Shown here piece by piece: positions 28,864-39,023 of a stretch of DNA of 64,000 nucleotides. The notes beneath the pieces were generated by a model. The model was not told the origin of the DNA. It was given only the letters and a program-made list of their open reading frames with translations, and searched no databases. Numbering within the stretch: position 1 is the stretch's first letter; the number at the start of each line of letters is the position of its first letter. The stretch is from a virus: the IMG/VR virus record IMGVR_UViG_3300008516_000159, one strand, 5' to 3'. The translations under genes were made by a program, and so were the position numbers.

Positions 28864-30174
28864 ATGCAATTAACATATAATCAGTTCAGAAGGGTTGTGA
28901 ACAAGAGCAGTGAGAAACTGTTCGAAAAGTTCGCAGGTATTTTTGCTGAATCTGAAAACGCAGCCTTGATGGCACTCTATGATGATAAAATGATTCTTCT
29001 TGATGAAGAAACTGATCAGCCTTACATCTGTGAGTATGATTATACAGATGGTATCCTAAGCTTCGGTAAGCTCGAAGCTGTGGCGCTCGTTGAAAACGAT
29101 GAGACAGTTCTCGCCGACAAAGTCGGGGATCTTTTTGATATTGAGAACGACCCTCCAGTTTCAATGGACGAAATGGTAGAAGGCTTTAGACTCAGATTCT
29201 ACGACAACGCAAGAAGAGAAATCACAGAGGCTAAAGACAAGAAGTTGCGCAAGATTTATGAAAATCCTTCGATCGGAATGAAACACAACCTGAGAGAACT
29301 CAGAGATCGCAACTATGCAGATGTTCAGGAGCTTATGAGTAAGCCTTTTATGAAAAAAGTTACAGCCAAACTTCAACTAGAAGCCGCAGAGGCGCCTTCT
29401 CAGTTTATCGGCAAGGTTGACTGGAACCCAAAGAAAGGCTACAAGGTAGACACCAATGTCTATCAATATATTTCTCCTGACATAAGCAATCTCGAAGACA
29501 AAGAAATCAAGAAAAAGATGCAAGCTCTTGCAGGCAAGCTTTACAAGCTCTGGAAGACCGATGCTTTTAGAGACAAGTTCATGAACTTCAAGCTCGATCT
29601 CAAAAAGGCAGAGGATATGGACAGTGCTATCGAAGCTGCCGAGAATTTCTTCGAGGAGAACAAAGAGCTCTTTTTACTTGACCCTTCCAGGTTCGAAGAA
29701 GTGATGATCAAGACAGCTCTCATGACAGAAGCCAAAGACGCCAACGTTATGGTAGAAGTTGTGAAGGCTTTCATGCAGCAGGAAGATGTCAAGACGATCA
29801 GGGAAGAGTATTACGATTCTCTTGGTGTAAGCCCAGAAGAAATCGCTCAAATAATCTTCGAGCAAGATGATGAAGAAGCTGTCGAGCTCCCACCAGAAGC
29901 AGTTAAAGACCCAGACATTCCTGAGAAAGAACCAGAGGAAAAGAAGTCCAAGGCTGCTGACGATTTGGAAAACGAAGAGCTTAAGGAAATCATCGCCACG
30001 CTAAAGAAGATTAAGAAGCAAATTGATGCTGATTCAGAAGAGGCCGAGTTCCTAGGCGCTATAGTAGCCGATCTTGAAAACGCCAAGGCCAAGGGTATTG
30101 ACGATACCAGAATGAAAGAAATCGTCGATTGGTTGGCCGGAGCAAAAGAGCCTAAAGAAGAAGAGGCTGAATAA
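28864..30174 (+). CDS. Acidic prohead core-like protein
   Basis: Between portal and protease; highly acidic and helical. Confidence 0.55.
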   Translation: MQLTYNQFRRVVNKSSEKLFEKFAGIFAESENAALMALYDDKMILLDEETDQPYICEYDYTDGILSFGKLEAVALVENDETVLADKVGDLFDIENDPPVSMDEMVEGFRLRFYDNARREITEAKDKKLRKIYENPSIGMKHNLRELRDRNYADVQELMSKPFMKKVTAKLQLEAAEAPSQFIGKVDWNPKKGYKVDTNVYQYISPDISNLEDKEIKKKMQALAGKLYKLWKTDAFRDKFMNFKLDLKKAEDMDSAIEAAENFFEENKELFLLDPSRFEEVMIKTALMTEAKDANVMVEVVKAFMQQEDVKTIREEYYDSLGVSPEEIAQIIFEQDDEEAVELPPEAVKDPDIPEKEPEEKKSKAADDLENEELKEIIATLKKIKKQIDADSEEAEFLGAIVADLENAKAKGIDDTRMKEIVDWLAGAKEPKEEEAE

Positions 30175-30191
30175 TCCAGGGGGATAACAGT

Positions 30192-31136
30192 ATGGCAGAC
30201 AAGAAAATGATTACTGAAGACATGCCTGTTATCCAAGATGTAATGGATTTCGAATACGAGCTCACCGAAGATAAGGATGAGCAAGATCAAAAGGCATACA
30301 GGCTCAAAGGTGTCTTTCAGCAATCTGATGTAAAGAATGGAAATGGACGTGTTTATCCAAGAATCGTTCTGGAAAGAGAAGTTACAAGACTCCAGGAAGG
30401 TCTTGATCAAAAAAGGATTCTTGGTGAACTAGATCATCCAGCAGACGCTAAGATCCACCTTGAGAAAGTCTCTCACTTAGTGACGAGACTTGACATGAAA
30501 ACAAACGGTGAAGTATACGGTGAAGCGACCGTTCTTGAAACTCCTGCAGGCAAAGTGCTTCAGGAGCTCCTTAAGTCTGGCGTGAAGCTGGGTATTTCAT
30601 CTAGAGGGTTTGGCACCGTTAAGAAAAACAACGGTGTCGATGAAGTAGCGGAAGATTACAAAATGGTGACCTTTGATATAGTATCCGATCCATCAATAGC
30701 TGGCGCTTTTCCGCATGCTGTTTATGAGAACAACGAAGAGGCGGTCGAAACCGTAGAAGAGGACAAAGTGTCCTTGTCGTTAGTTCTCGAGGATGTCTTA
30801 GATGACATGCAAGAAGATGTTAAAGTTGAACTAAATCAGGAATATATTGGTGTAGCCGATGGTGTGAGATTTTATCTCGTCGAAGGCGGCTACGATTCTT
30901 ATGGCACTTTTCTGAAGAACGTAAGTCATCATTGGCATCTAGAAGTTAAAGATGGACAGGATAAGATCAAAGTCGGCATTAATGAAGCCAAGCTCAACAA
31001 GATTGGCGAAGAGTACGGTAATAAAATAGTACAAGAAATCTTAAACAAAATCGGGTATAAAGGCTATAATCCGGAAACGTTATCGAAAGATGAAACCAGA
31101 TTTGCAGCTGACGATCTCAAGGTTAAGGAGGTATAA
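30192..31136 (+). CDS. Prohead protease (T4 gp21-like)
   Basis: GVFQQSDVKNGNGRVYP, LGELDHP, VSH, TPAGK, LGISSRG.G, FDIVSDPS. Confidence 0.95.
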   Translation: MADKKMITEDMPVIQDVMDFEYELTEDKDEQDQKAYRLKGVFQQSDVKNGNGRVYPRIVLEREVTRLQEGLDQKRILGELDHPADAKIHLEKVSHLVTRLDMKTNGEVYGEATVLETPAGKVLQELLKSGVKLGISSRGFGTVKKNNGVDEVAEDYKMVTFDIVSDPSIAGAFPHAVYENNEEAVETVEEDKVSLSLVLEDVLDDMQEDVKVELNQEYIGVADGVRFYLVEGGYDSYGTFLKNVSHHWHLEVKDGQDKIKVGINEAKLNKIGEEYGNKIVQEILNKIGYKGYNPETLSKDETRFAADDLKVKEV

Positions 31137-31139
31137 TTC

Positions 31140-31982
31140 ATGGCACTAGAGAATATCGATCTTACCCCCGAAGAGACTGAAGAATTGAAAGAGCAGCTCG
31201 AAGCCTGGAAGCAGGGCGTTATAGATAAAGTCGAGGAAGAATTGACAGCTAAGTATGAGGAAATGGAAAGTGTCCTCAAGGAAGAATATACAGGACTAGT
31301 AAACGATCTTCGTGACAAAATGAAGAGAGTTTACACAAAGAGATTTGTTGTAGCTCTTAAAGAAATGTATGATCAGATTAAAGCTGAAGTTCTTGCCGAA
31401 AGTTTCGACTCCCCTGAACTTAGGGTCCTTGAGCAAGTAAAGACCTTAGTTTACCCACTCATCAACGGTTCAGAAGCAGAACGTTATGCATCTGAGTTCT
31501 CAAAGATGGCCGAGATGAATGAGGAACTCCAGGAAGAACTAGAGCTTACAAAGGGTCAGAAGAAACTCATGGAGCTCACAGAAGAGCTTTCTGACGAAGT
31601 CAAAGAGGTTGTTGCAAAATTAATCGGCGATGGAACTGAAGAAGAAATCGTTGAAAGGTACGCAGCAATCAAAACCGCTCTAAAGAAGGGCGAGGAAGAA
31701 GAGCCTGAAGAAGAGCCTGAAGAAGAGGAAGAGCCAAAGTCCAAAAAGAAGGGCAAGAAAAAGAAAGACGATGACGAAGAAGAAGACGAAGAAGATCTAG
31801 AGGTAGAAGGTAAAGAAGGCCCTGAGGACGAAGAAGAAGAGAATCTCGAAGAGGAACCGGAAGATGTGAAACTCGAGTCTAAAACTGGTGAAGTCGAGCC
31901 TCTAGGACAAGAGGACGAAGCGAAGAGAGAATTCACCGAGACTCTCAACGAAATGCTCGAACTCGCAGGCGTAAAAAAGTAA
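31140..31982 (+). CDS. Prohead scaffold protein (T4 gp22-like)
   Basis: Acidic coiled-coil protein between protease and MCP; C-terminal MLELAGV. Confidence 0.75.
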   Translation: MALENIDLTPEETEELKEQLEAWKQGVIDKVEEELTAKYEEMESVLKEEYTGLVNDLRDKMKRVYTKRFVVALKEMYDQIKAEVLAESFDSPELRVLEQVKTLVYPLINGSEAERYASEFSKMAEMNEELQEELELTKGQKKLMELTEELSDEVKEVVAKLIGDGTEEEIVERYAAIKTALKKGEEEEPEEEPEEEEEPKSKKKGKKKKDDDEEEDEEDLEVEGKEGPEDEEEENLEEEPEDVKLESKTGEVEPLGQEDEAKREFTETLNEMLELAGVKK

Positions 31983-32012
31983 ATATATTATTCAATTTTT
32001 AAAGAAGCGAAA

Positions 32013-32034
32013 TTTTTAAGGAGGGTATATACCC
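32013..32034 (+). promoter_or_regulatory. MCP ribosome-binding site with 12-bp perfect palindrome GGGTATATACCC; putative sRNA target
   Basis: TTTTTAAGGAGGGTAT at 32013-32028 is identical to 54102-54117; palindrome 32023-32034 ends at the ATG. Confidence 0.75.
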
Positions 32035-33555
32035 ATGGTAGATAAGAGACGTTTACTTAGGGAAGAGGAAGGACGTCTTCTAGGCAAGTGGGAACCTTTT
32101 CTTGAAGGTATCGAAGATAACTATGTCAAAATAAATACCGCAATGCTACTTGAGAATGAGGCCGAGTACCTCACTGAAGCAGCTGATAACACCGCGGCAG
32201 CTGACGTAGTCGGTATCCAAAAGATCATGCTTCCAATCGTAAGGCGTGTTTTCCCTAACCTTATTGCAAACAATATCGTTTCAGTGCAGCCAATGGCTGG
32301 ACCTGCCGCAGTAATCTTTTATCTGAAATATGTCTTTGGCACAACCAAGGGCAACGTGACACAGGGTGCTGAGTATTCTGCGTTTTCCGCAGCCGCACCG
32401 ATGAGCCACCCAGATGAAGGTTGGCAGGGATATTCTCCTTACTACTCCAAACAAGTTATAGGACCGTTTGTTTCTAGCACCACCGGCGCAACCGTTGTTT
32501 ACAACTTGGTCACGTTATCAAATGGTTTTACCAATACTGGCCATAAGTTCGCTGCATGTATCACTGCAACAGGAGCTATTACAGGTACTATTATTCGTGA
32601 AGTTGCTACAGACCTTGATACTAGCACACCTGGAGGCGAAATTCCTTATAGCTTCACAGGTACTGCTGGCACAAGCGCTGGCGTTGTTTATGATGTTTAT
32701 GGCAACGTGTCTACCGATTTCACAGTAACAGGCCTTGACGTTGGTACAGCTGTCACAATAACAAACGCTCTCAATAATGATGACTTTACTGTCGAGATCA
32801 ACTATGAGATCGACATGGAGTTCAGTACAGAGATTCCTGAAATGAAGATCACTATCTCCCAGATTCCAGTCGTTGCAAAGACCAGAAAGCTAAAGGCCCA
32901 CTGGTCCAACGAAGCTGAACAAGATCTGAAGGCTTATCACAACTTGAATGCTGAAGCCGAACTTACTTCTCTCGTATCTAATGAAATGATTGCTGAGATT
33001 GACCGCGAGATCGTGAGAAAGTGCATGTGGAGTTCAGCAACAAGAGATAAGTTTAATTGGAGATGGGATTCCAATAATAATACAGTAGGTAACTACCTTG
33101 ACAGACACCTTGCTCTGACAAACAAGATTATCGAAGTTTCAAACGAGATCTACAGAAAGAGTAAGATTGGTCCTGCCAACTGGATCGTTACATCTACAAA
33201 GATTGCTTCCCAGCTCGAAGTCCTTCGTGGCTTCATTCCTAACCCAGTTACAGCTACAGGCGGTCTCGGTATCGTCAAGGCTGGTAACTATGCTGGTAAG
33301 TTTGACGTGTACAAAGATCCACTATTTCCAGAAGAGAAGATTCTATTGGGTCACAAGAGCCCAATGTCTCCATTTGGCGCTGGTGTAGTTTACTCACCTT
33401 ACGTCACGCAACTGACGCCCGTAATTTATGGTCCTGAAGACTTCACACCAAGACGTGGTTTTATCGCTCGTTACGGCCTCACAAAGGTCCCACACGGCGA
33501 ATTACTCTACGCCTTAATGGATGTGGATTTCAGAACTGATGAAGGCACTGTGTAA
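32035..33555 (+). CDS. Major capsid protein (T4 gp23-like)
   Basis: LLGKWEPFLEG, AMLLENE, PIVRRVFPNLIANNIVSVQPM.GP, KTRKLKA.WS.E.EQDL, EIDREI, GVVYSPYV; probable cleavage LTE48|A49. Confidence 0.97.
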   Translation: MVDKRRLLREEEGRLLGKWEPFLEGIEDNYVKINTAMLLENEAEYLTEAADNTAAADVVGIQKIMLPIVRRVFPNLIANNIVSVQPMAGPAAVIFYLKYVFGTTKGNVTQGAEYSAFSAAAPMSHPDEGWQGYSPYYSKQVIGPFVSSTTGATVVYNLVTLSNGFTNTGHKFAACITATGAITGTIIREVATDLDTSTPGGEIPYSFTGTAGTSAGVVYDVYGNVSTDFTVTGLDVGTAVTITNALNNDDFTVEINYEIDMEFSTEIPEMKITISQIPVVAKTRKLKAHWSNEAEQDLKAYHNLNAEAELTSLVSNEMIAEIDREIVRKCMWSSATRDKFNWRWDSNNNTVGNYLDRHLALTNKIIEVSNEIYRKSKIGPANWIVTSTKIASQLEVLRGFIPNPVTATGGLGIVKAGNYAGKFDVYKDPLFPEEKILLGHKSPMSPFGAGVVYSPYVTQLTPVIYGPEDFTPRRGFIARYGLTKVPHGELLYALMDVDFRTDEGTV

Positions 33556-33583
33556 TAACAGTATAATCTAAGGAATATATAAG

Positions 33584-33611
33584 ACCCTCCCCTAAGGGGG
33601 AGGGTTTTTTT
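33584..33611 (+). terminator. Rho-independent terminator after MCP
   Basis: ACCCTCCCC-TAAG-GGGGAGGGT plus T-run. Confidence 0.9.
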
Positions 33612-33651
33612 ATTGTTCCTTGGGACATATATAACTGGCAAGAGGTGAGTT

Positions 33652-34410
33652 ATGAAAATAGAAGTTGTTTGTAAAAGCTGCGGCAAAAAGTTCATTCACA
33701 ATAGACAAAATCGGCCAAGAAAATATTGTTCGCAAGCTTGCGCCAAAAGCGATCCTGAACACAATAGAAAACGCGGAGTTGCGGTTAGTAAGGCTAAGAT
33801 GGGTAGAAACTGGGATGAACTATATGGCAGGGAAGAATCAGAGAGGAAGCGGGCCAAATTGAGTTTGAAGTTTGTTGGTGAAAATAATCCGTTTTATGGT
33901 CACAAACATACACCAGAAAGTTTAGAGTTGATGTCTAAAAGCAGAACCGGCAAAGGTGTCGGCCGCAAGCATTCTCCAGAAACTCGCGAGAAAATCCGTC
34001 AGGCCGCCACCGGCAGAAAGCTCTCAGAAGAAACCAAGCGTAAAATAAGTAAAGCCCGAATGGGTGTTTCACTCAAGCGCACCAAAGTTCAGAAACACTA
34101 TAAGACCTCTCAGTTAGAAGCAGAGTTTCAGCGCCGCCATCCGGACGCTATCCCTAAACACACTGCCTATGGCTACGAATGGGATTTTTGTTGGCAAGGA
34201 TGGTTGGTTGAAATAGATGGAGATTATTGGCACGGGCTTGACAGAGCCAAAGGTTTTACTCCAAGACAGCTCAACAATATGAAGAACGATCAGAACAAGA
34301 ATAAAGTTGTGGTTGAAAACAAAGCCAGCCTTTTGAGGTTCAAGGGAACACGGGGAGTGGATTTGGATGAGAAAGCATATGTAGTGATATGTGAAGGAGA
34401 GTTGAAATGA
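33652..34410 (+). mobile_element. Free-standing homing endonuclease-like gene (Zn finger + NUMOD3 repeats + DUF559/Vsr-like nuclease)
   Basis: CKSCGK...YCSQAC; NPFYGHKHTPES, GRKHSPETREKI, GRKLSEETKRKIS; WDF...LVEIDGDYWHG. Confidence 0.8.
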
Positions 34411-35000
34411 GTATTGAGATGAGTATAATCAATCTTGTATTATATACGGTTACCTTAGTCTTTGTGGGTGTATTTGTTTGGTGGTTTAGAACCTTAATCC
34501 AAAGACATCGGCTCATACTAGCTGCGGCTATTGAATCATGTCGTCAAATAGACGTCGTTCGGGAATACTTAAAAGATGTTAAATCGGTAGAGGATTTTGT
34601 TAAAAAAAATAAAAAAAAGAAGATTAAAATACCTAATCTTATTGCGCTGAACACATCAAAAACACGAGAGTTATTAGATGATCCAGTAATTTCAAAGAGG
34701 CTTTATAAGCGAGCGTATCCACTCCCGAAGCAGGAATTCATATTTACGTTTTCTTCTGATAATAAGATGTTACAAACACTGCAAAAATTAATAATAGATT
34801 ACAAGGCCTCCACTAATGTGAGTGATGAAGATAGAAACAGAATATTTGCTTATGTCGAGCTTATAAGGTTTTCTCTTGACAATTACTCAATGGCTTTCAA
34901 GAGATTAGAAAGCCGTTTAAAATACAGCAACAAGAGGGACAGAATGTATCGTCGAGGATGGTGGTGGCGTAGACGGCTTCGTATTAATTACGAGAATTAA
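34407..35000 (+). CDS. Membrane-anchored hypothetical protein
   Basis: N-terminal hydrophobic helix. Confidence 0.6.
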   Translation: MSIEMSIINLVLYTVTLVFVGVFVWWFRTLIQRHRLILAAAIESCRQIDVVREYLKDVKSVEDFVKKNKKKKIKIPNLIALNTSKTRELLDDPVISKRLYKRAYPLPKQEFIFTFSSDNKMLQTLQKLIIDYKASTNVSDEDRNRIFAYVELIRFSLDNYSMAFKRLESRLKYSNKRDRMYRRGWWWRRRLRINYEN

Positions 35001-35025
35001 TCTCTTAAGAAATCATAGGTGAAAA

Positions 35026-35574
35026 ATGGAAAATATTTCTCCTCAGCTCGCGAATCTATTGTTTATTCTTCTAGGTGCTTTTTTAGTGTCTATTAAAGAT
35101 ATTGTATTATATTTCGCGCGCCGTAAGCGTCAGAAAAAAGTTTTAAAAGACGAGTTAAATAGACTTTATGATTGGCTACTTTGTGTTATAGAATACTTAT
35201 GTAGTGTACAACGAACCATGAAGAAGCAGCAACCTCTCCTTTCGACTCTTGTATTGTTCTCATCTGCTCCAACAAAATTAATTAAAAAAATGATCGATGA
35301 AGGATCTGTATATAAAATCGCCAAAAATCATAAGCAAGTGAACCTACTGGACATAGTATATCACGATCTGCAGCGTCCAGATTTGCAGGAAGGGTATGAC
35401 AGTATGCATGCTAATTATCAAGAGTTTCAAAAAGGGAATATACAATCGCCAGACGATCTGGCGGTATATAATGACTGTTTGTCTCGTATTCAAATGTTTC
35501 GTATTAACATAGAAAAGCATCGCGATATGCTTAAAGAACTTATGCAAGACTGTGGGGTTAAAATAGTCGTTTAA
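35026..35574 (+). CDS. Membrane-anchored hypothetical protein
   Basis: N-terminal hydrophobic helix followed by RRKR. Confidence 0.6.
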   Translation: MENISPQLANLLFILLGAFLVSIKDIVLYFARRKRQKKVLKDELNRLYDWLLCVIEYLCSVQRTMKKQQPLLSTLVLFSSAPTKLIKKMIDEGSVYKIAKNHKQVNLLDIVYHDLQRPDLQEGYDSMHANYQEFQKGNIQSPDDLAVYNDCLSRIQMFRINIEKHRDMLKELMQDCGVKIVV

Positions 35575-35655
35575 TCTTTCTTTCACCACTTCAAAAGTTC
35601 TTTAGCTCGGGGGGGATGAGGCATATGTAGTAATAAAGAATGGAGGTAAAATATA

Positions 35656-35949
35656 ATGAAGAAAATGAAAGAATTAAAAAAAGATTTAGAGCAACTGAAA
35701 TCCTCCAGAAGTGGAGAATACGCAGCAGATATTCACAAGCGGTTTCGTGATTCTGACCTAGTAGAAAAATATGGTGATTCTAAATTCTTCAATAAACAGT
35801 TTCGTAAAGAGTATAAAAAATTGCCGGCGTCTTTGAAAATATTAAACGATCTTGTTGCCCCTGTTGAAATGATAAATTGGCTTAAGTGCATATTAGAAAC
35901 TAAGGTATCGCGCAGATCTACATTTGCATTGGTTCAAGAGTATTCCTAA
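35656..35949 (+). CDS. Hypothetical protein
   Basis: GGAGG RBS. Confidence 0.55.
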   Translation: MKKMKELKKDLEQLKSSRSGEYAADIHKRFRDSDLVEKYGDSKFFNKQFRKEYKKLPASLKILNDLVAPVEMINWLKCILETKVSRRSTFALVQEYS

Positions 35950-36201
35950 CATTATTAAGGTGCTTTTTTTGATTGTGGCTATTCTAGCTGTGGTTCTGCC
36001 AATAATAATTTTTTCGCCTTAGTTGTACTATTGAAAATAGCTCAGAGGAAAGAAAAATGAAGGCGCCTAGATATTCTTATACTGGTTCGGGTATGCCTAA
36101 TAAATTTCAATTAATAATGGATTGGATTTTCCATTTCAAAAGGCGATGGCGGGCATACAAATATGCCGCCAAGGTAATGAATGAGTAACTTTCTCACCCC
36201 T

Positions 36202-36375
36202 TCAAACCCTTTTAGCTCTCCTAAAGCACTTCCGCCAGACTTTATGCAAAAGCCTAATTTCTAAAACTTTTTTTCCCAAGTAAAAATCTATACCTACATA
36301 ACAATTATACCAGTTATAAAACATAATTCCAAGACCAAAATGATTTCTATGATGTTTCCATAAAATACGCTTCAT
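36202..36375 (-). CDS. 57-aa hypothetical protein (not in ORF track)
   Basis: Hand translation MKRILWKHHRNHFGLGIMFYNWYNCYVGIDFYLGKKVLEIRLLHKVWRKCFRRAKRV. Confidence 0.45.
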   Translation of the reverse strand: MKRILWKHHRNHFGLGIMFYNWYNCYVGIDFYLGKKVLEIRLLHKVWRKCFRRAKRV

Positions 36376-36425
36376 TCAAGTTCCCTTTTGGTCATTAACT
36401 CCCACTGATAATCTTTTTATATGCA

Positions 36426-36695
36426 TTATCCCTTTAACAGTTCCTTGGCCTTTATTGTATCTATTAGAATTGCTTTCTTTTGTAGAAGAACAAGAGCTTC
36501 CTGCAACATCTCGGAATTCCATTCTCCGTTTAATTGGAGAGCCTGCCACCTCACAAAGGCAACAGCCCCTTTTAGGGTGACAGGTCGTTTTTCTTTCCAA
36601 AAGCCAATCCCATCACATTCAGTATTATCTAGATATTCCTCAATAAATCCCTCTTCAGCTTTATTAAAAACCCTTGTAATTTCTTTTTTGGTCAT
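36426..36695 (-). CDS. Hypothetical protein
   Basis: AAGGA RBS; downstream of early promoter. Confidence 0.6.
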   Translation of the reverse strand: MTKKEITRVFNKAEEGFIEEYLDNTECDGIGFWKEKRPVTLKGAVAFVRWQALQLNGEWNSEMLQEALVLLQKKAILIDTIKAKELLKG

Positions 36696-36705
36696 GGAGC
36701 CATCC

Positions 36706-37077
36706 TTACGGTATTAGTTGACCTTTTTCTTTCAAAAGCCACTTTGCCTGTTGCTTTTTCAAGCTGCTGATCATCTTGATTATTACTTCGGCCGAATGAA
36801 GGCTGCATTTTAGTTTGCTGGCAAAATACTCCACCTTCCCGGCGTGAGCATTCCCGTCAAATTCATCCTGATGAAAGAAATACCAGCCGTTATTGTATAC
36901 TATCAAATGGTATTCGTCACCAGCTCCAGGAAAACCGAACCGGCCGACGTTCCAACCTACTAGTAATTTATATCTAGTCCCGTCGCCGGGTTGGAACTCA
37001 TAAAACCACATATCAAATGCACCCTTCATTGTAGGGGTACATTTGTACTCTGAACCATCGTTCATCTCTGTTTTCAT
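36706..37077 (-). CDS. Hypothetical early protein
   Basis: First gene after promoter at 37097; AGAGG RBS. Confidence 0.65.
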   Translation of the reverse strand: MKTEMNDGSEYKCTPTMKGAFDMWFYEFQPGDGTRYKLLVGWNVGRFGFPGAGDEYHLIVYNNGWYFFHQDEFDGNAHAGKVEYFASKLKCSLHSAEVIIKMISSLKKQQAKWLLKEKGQLIP

Positions 37078-37096
37078 TTTTCCTCTTTATATATAT

Positions 37097-37125
37097 AATA
37101 TATCATAGTATTATAACTTTGTAAA
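37097..37125 (-). promoter_or_regulatory. Sigma70-type early promoter
   Basis: TTTACA-N17-TATATT with TGn extended -10. Confidence 0.7.
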
Positions 37126-37177
37126 AGGTTTTTTTTGTGTCCCGATACATATATGTACACAAACAAGGGAAAATAGT

Positions 37178-37426
37178 ATGAATAAGAAGCCATGGCTTAT
37201 AAATCTCATGAAGAAACTAACAGAAAGAAGAAAAGGGGCCGAAGTGCCTGATGTTCCGAAGCAGTATAAAGCCGCAGTGGATCGCGGCGTATTTGAAATT
37301 ATGCGCGCCGCGGAAGGCTTGATGGTGTTTAGTGGAGAGCTTGGCGGCGATGTTGTAGAACTAGAGTCTGAAAACCTTACGGTGAAGATTACGCGTAAAG
37401 GAAAAAAAACTAGGGGAAATCAATGA
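37178..37426 (+). CDS. Hypothetical protein
   Basis: First ORF of plus-strand accessory run. Confidence 0.55.
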   Translation: MNKKPWLINLMKKLTERRKGAEVPDVPKQYKAAVDRGVFEIMRAAEGLMVFSGELGGDVVELESENLTVKITRKGKKTRGNQ

Positions 37427-37854
37427 AAAGAATGCTGATATTATTTATTATTTGTAGCTGTGTTGCTCTTTTACTTTTGTTTATTTCTGCTGTTGTCGCA
37501 AACGCAGATGAGCGCCCAGTTATAGTAGAAGTTCTCTGGGAAGAAGATCCGGATCTCTTCTTTCAGGCTCAATGTGTAATCATTAGTAAATCCGGCGACG
37601 ATGTTATAATGGCTCAAACAAAGCTGTTTAATGATCTTTTGTCTGAATCGCCACCTTGGGCGGCTGATGAAACCGTTCGAGGCGTGGTTTTGGAATTTTC
37701 TCTTGACGATGACGATATGCTGACTTTTCAGGTTGAGGCGAGTAAAAATGTTGACTTCGGTATCATGATTCACTATGATGGCCGTTTGTTCGGGGTTGAC
37801 TGCCAGACATATGGCTATTGTTATGTAGCTTTCAGAGATCTCGGGATAAGATGA
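37423..37854 (+). CDS. Secreted/membrane hypothetical protein
   Basis: N-terminal signal peptide ending ANA-DE. Confidence 0.6.
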   Translation: MKRMLILFIICSCVALLLLFISAVVANADERPVIVEVLWEEDPDLFFQAQCVIISKSGDDVIMAQTKLFNDLLSESPPWAADETVRGVVLEFSLDDDDMLTFQVEASKNVDFGIMIHYDGRLFGVDCQTYGYCYVAFRDLGIR

Positions 37855-38066
37855 TGAAAGAAAAATGGGTTAAAGTAAGCGACCGACTACCAGACCCCCA
37901 TGCTACGGTATTGGCTAAATGCACAAATGGTGATATATATCAAGCAAGAGTTTGTTATGGAATGCACGAACCATTCTGGTGCGGACATAGTGAACTCAAT
38001 TTTGGCGTAATTTTGAAACAACACGGTTTGGAGGTTGATTGTTGGACACCACTGAAGGACGAATGA
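37851..38066 (+). CDS. DUF551-like protein
   Basis: WVKVSDRLP...VDCWTPL pattern. Confidence 0.6.
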   Translation: MMKEKWVKVSDRLPDPHATVLAKCTNGDIYQARVCYGMHEPFWCGHSELNFGVILKQHGLEVDCWTPLKDE

Positions 38067-38155
38067 AAGGATTATGGAATAAATATAAGATTGAGAAAAC
38101 AAGCGGCAAGCCGTTAGACCCAAATCTTGAGTACGGTTGTGCTCAGATTACGTAA
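38063..38155 (+). pseudogene. Truncated copy of the 5' end of gene 39024
   Basis: MKGLWNKYKIEKTSGKPLDPNLE vs MKGLYNKYKIEKTSGKLLDPNFE; diverges then stops after 30 codons. Confidence 0.7.
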
Positions 38156-38182
38156 TTGGAAGATAGCAAAGGAGAAGAAAGA

Positions 38183-38761
38183 ATGAAGATACTAAGATTT
38201 ATTGGTGTGAGTATACCATTACTGTTTCTACTGTTGGTTTTAGTTTGTTCATGTTATAATCCGTGGTTTAATTTTCTTGATAACTCATTTAGTTCTTTAG
38301 GTAGTGTGAGTGAGCATGGTGCTACAAAACCGTGGATTTATAATATAGGGATGGTGGTTTTGGGAGCAATGGCGTGTGCTTATGCTGTTAGTTTTATACA
38401 TGATTCAATTAATAAGATTGAAACTGTTGCAGGTGTTTTCCTCATGTCTGTTGGATTATTTTTGGCCCTGGTAGGAATACATCCTATGGGGACTCCACAT
38501 CACGGAGTTATGTCGACTAAGTACTTTTACGGTGCAGAAATAACAATGCTCGTTTGTGGAACAAGTCTTTTTCTCAGCGAACATTGGAAAACCGGATTAA
38601 TAATTGTGGGAATAGAGCTTCCTGCGGTATTGATAGCACTTTATGTTAATTGGCCTTCTGTTGCAGTAGAAGAAGCATACGCAATTACTGTACTTGAGTT
38701 TAGACTTGTTTTATTAACGAGAGTTCAAATGTTGCGAGAAGTCTTAAAGAGAAAAAACTGA
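38183..38761 (+). CDS. DUF998-like multi-pass membrane protein
   Basis: PWFNFLDNSFSSLG...PWIYNIG..., LVGIHP..T..HG; about five TM helices. Confidence 0.65.
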   Translation: MKILRFIGVSIPLLFLLLVLVCSCYNPWFNFLDNSFSSLGSVSEHGATKPWIYNIGMVVLGAMACAYAVSFIHDSINKIETVAGVFLMSVGLFLALVGIHPMGTPHHGVMSTKYFYGAEITMLVCGTSLFLSEHWKTGLIIVGIELPAVLIALYVNWPSVAVEEAYAITVLEFRLVLLTRVQMLREVLKRKN

Positions 38762-38804
38762 AGGATGGGATGTTTGAAAGTTGATTGTTGGACACCACTG
38801 AAGG

Positions 38805-39011
38805 ATGATTAAAATAAAACAGTATAGTTATGTACAATTACACAATGACATACGAGACAAAAAGCTATCGTCAAATACAAGATTCTGTGATGTCGATGAG
38901 GTAGATGCTAAAGTAAAAAAGCTGAAAACACGTATTAATGATGCGGAAGGTGACAATAGCTTACAATTATTCCTTTATGAACAGTTTATAATAGAAATAT
39001 CGCAGCGCTAA
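38805..39011 (+). CDS. Hypothetical protein
   Basis: ORF begins at end of repeat. Confidence 0.45.
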   Translation: MIKIKQYSYVQLHNDIRDKKLSSNTRFCDVDEVDAKVKKLKTRINDAEGDNSLQLFLYEQFIIEISQR

Positions 39012-39023
39012 AAGAGGTGGAAG

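Larger units (their letters stand above)
38034..38805 (+). repeat. 26-bp perfect direct repeat GTTGATTGTTGGACACCACTGAAGGA at 38034-38059 and 38780-38805
   Basis: Read directly; flanks the truncated gene and the DUF998-like gene. Confidence 0.85.
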
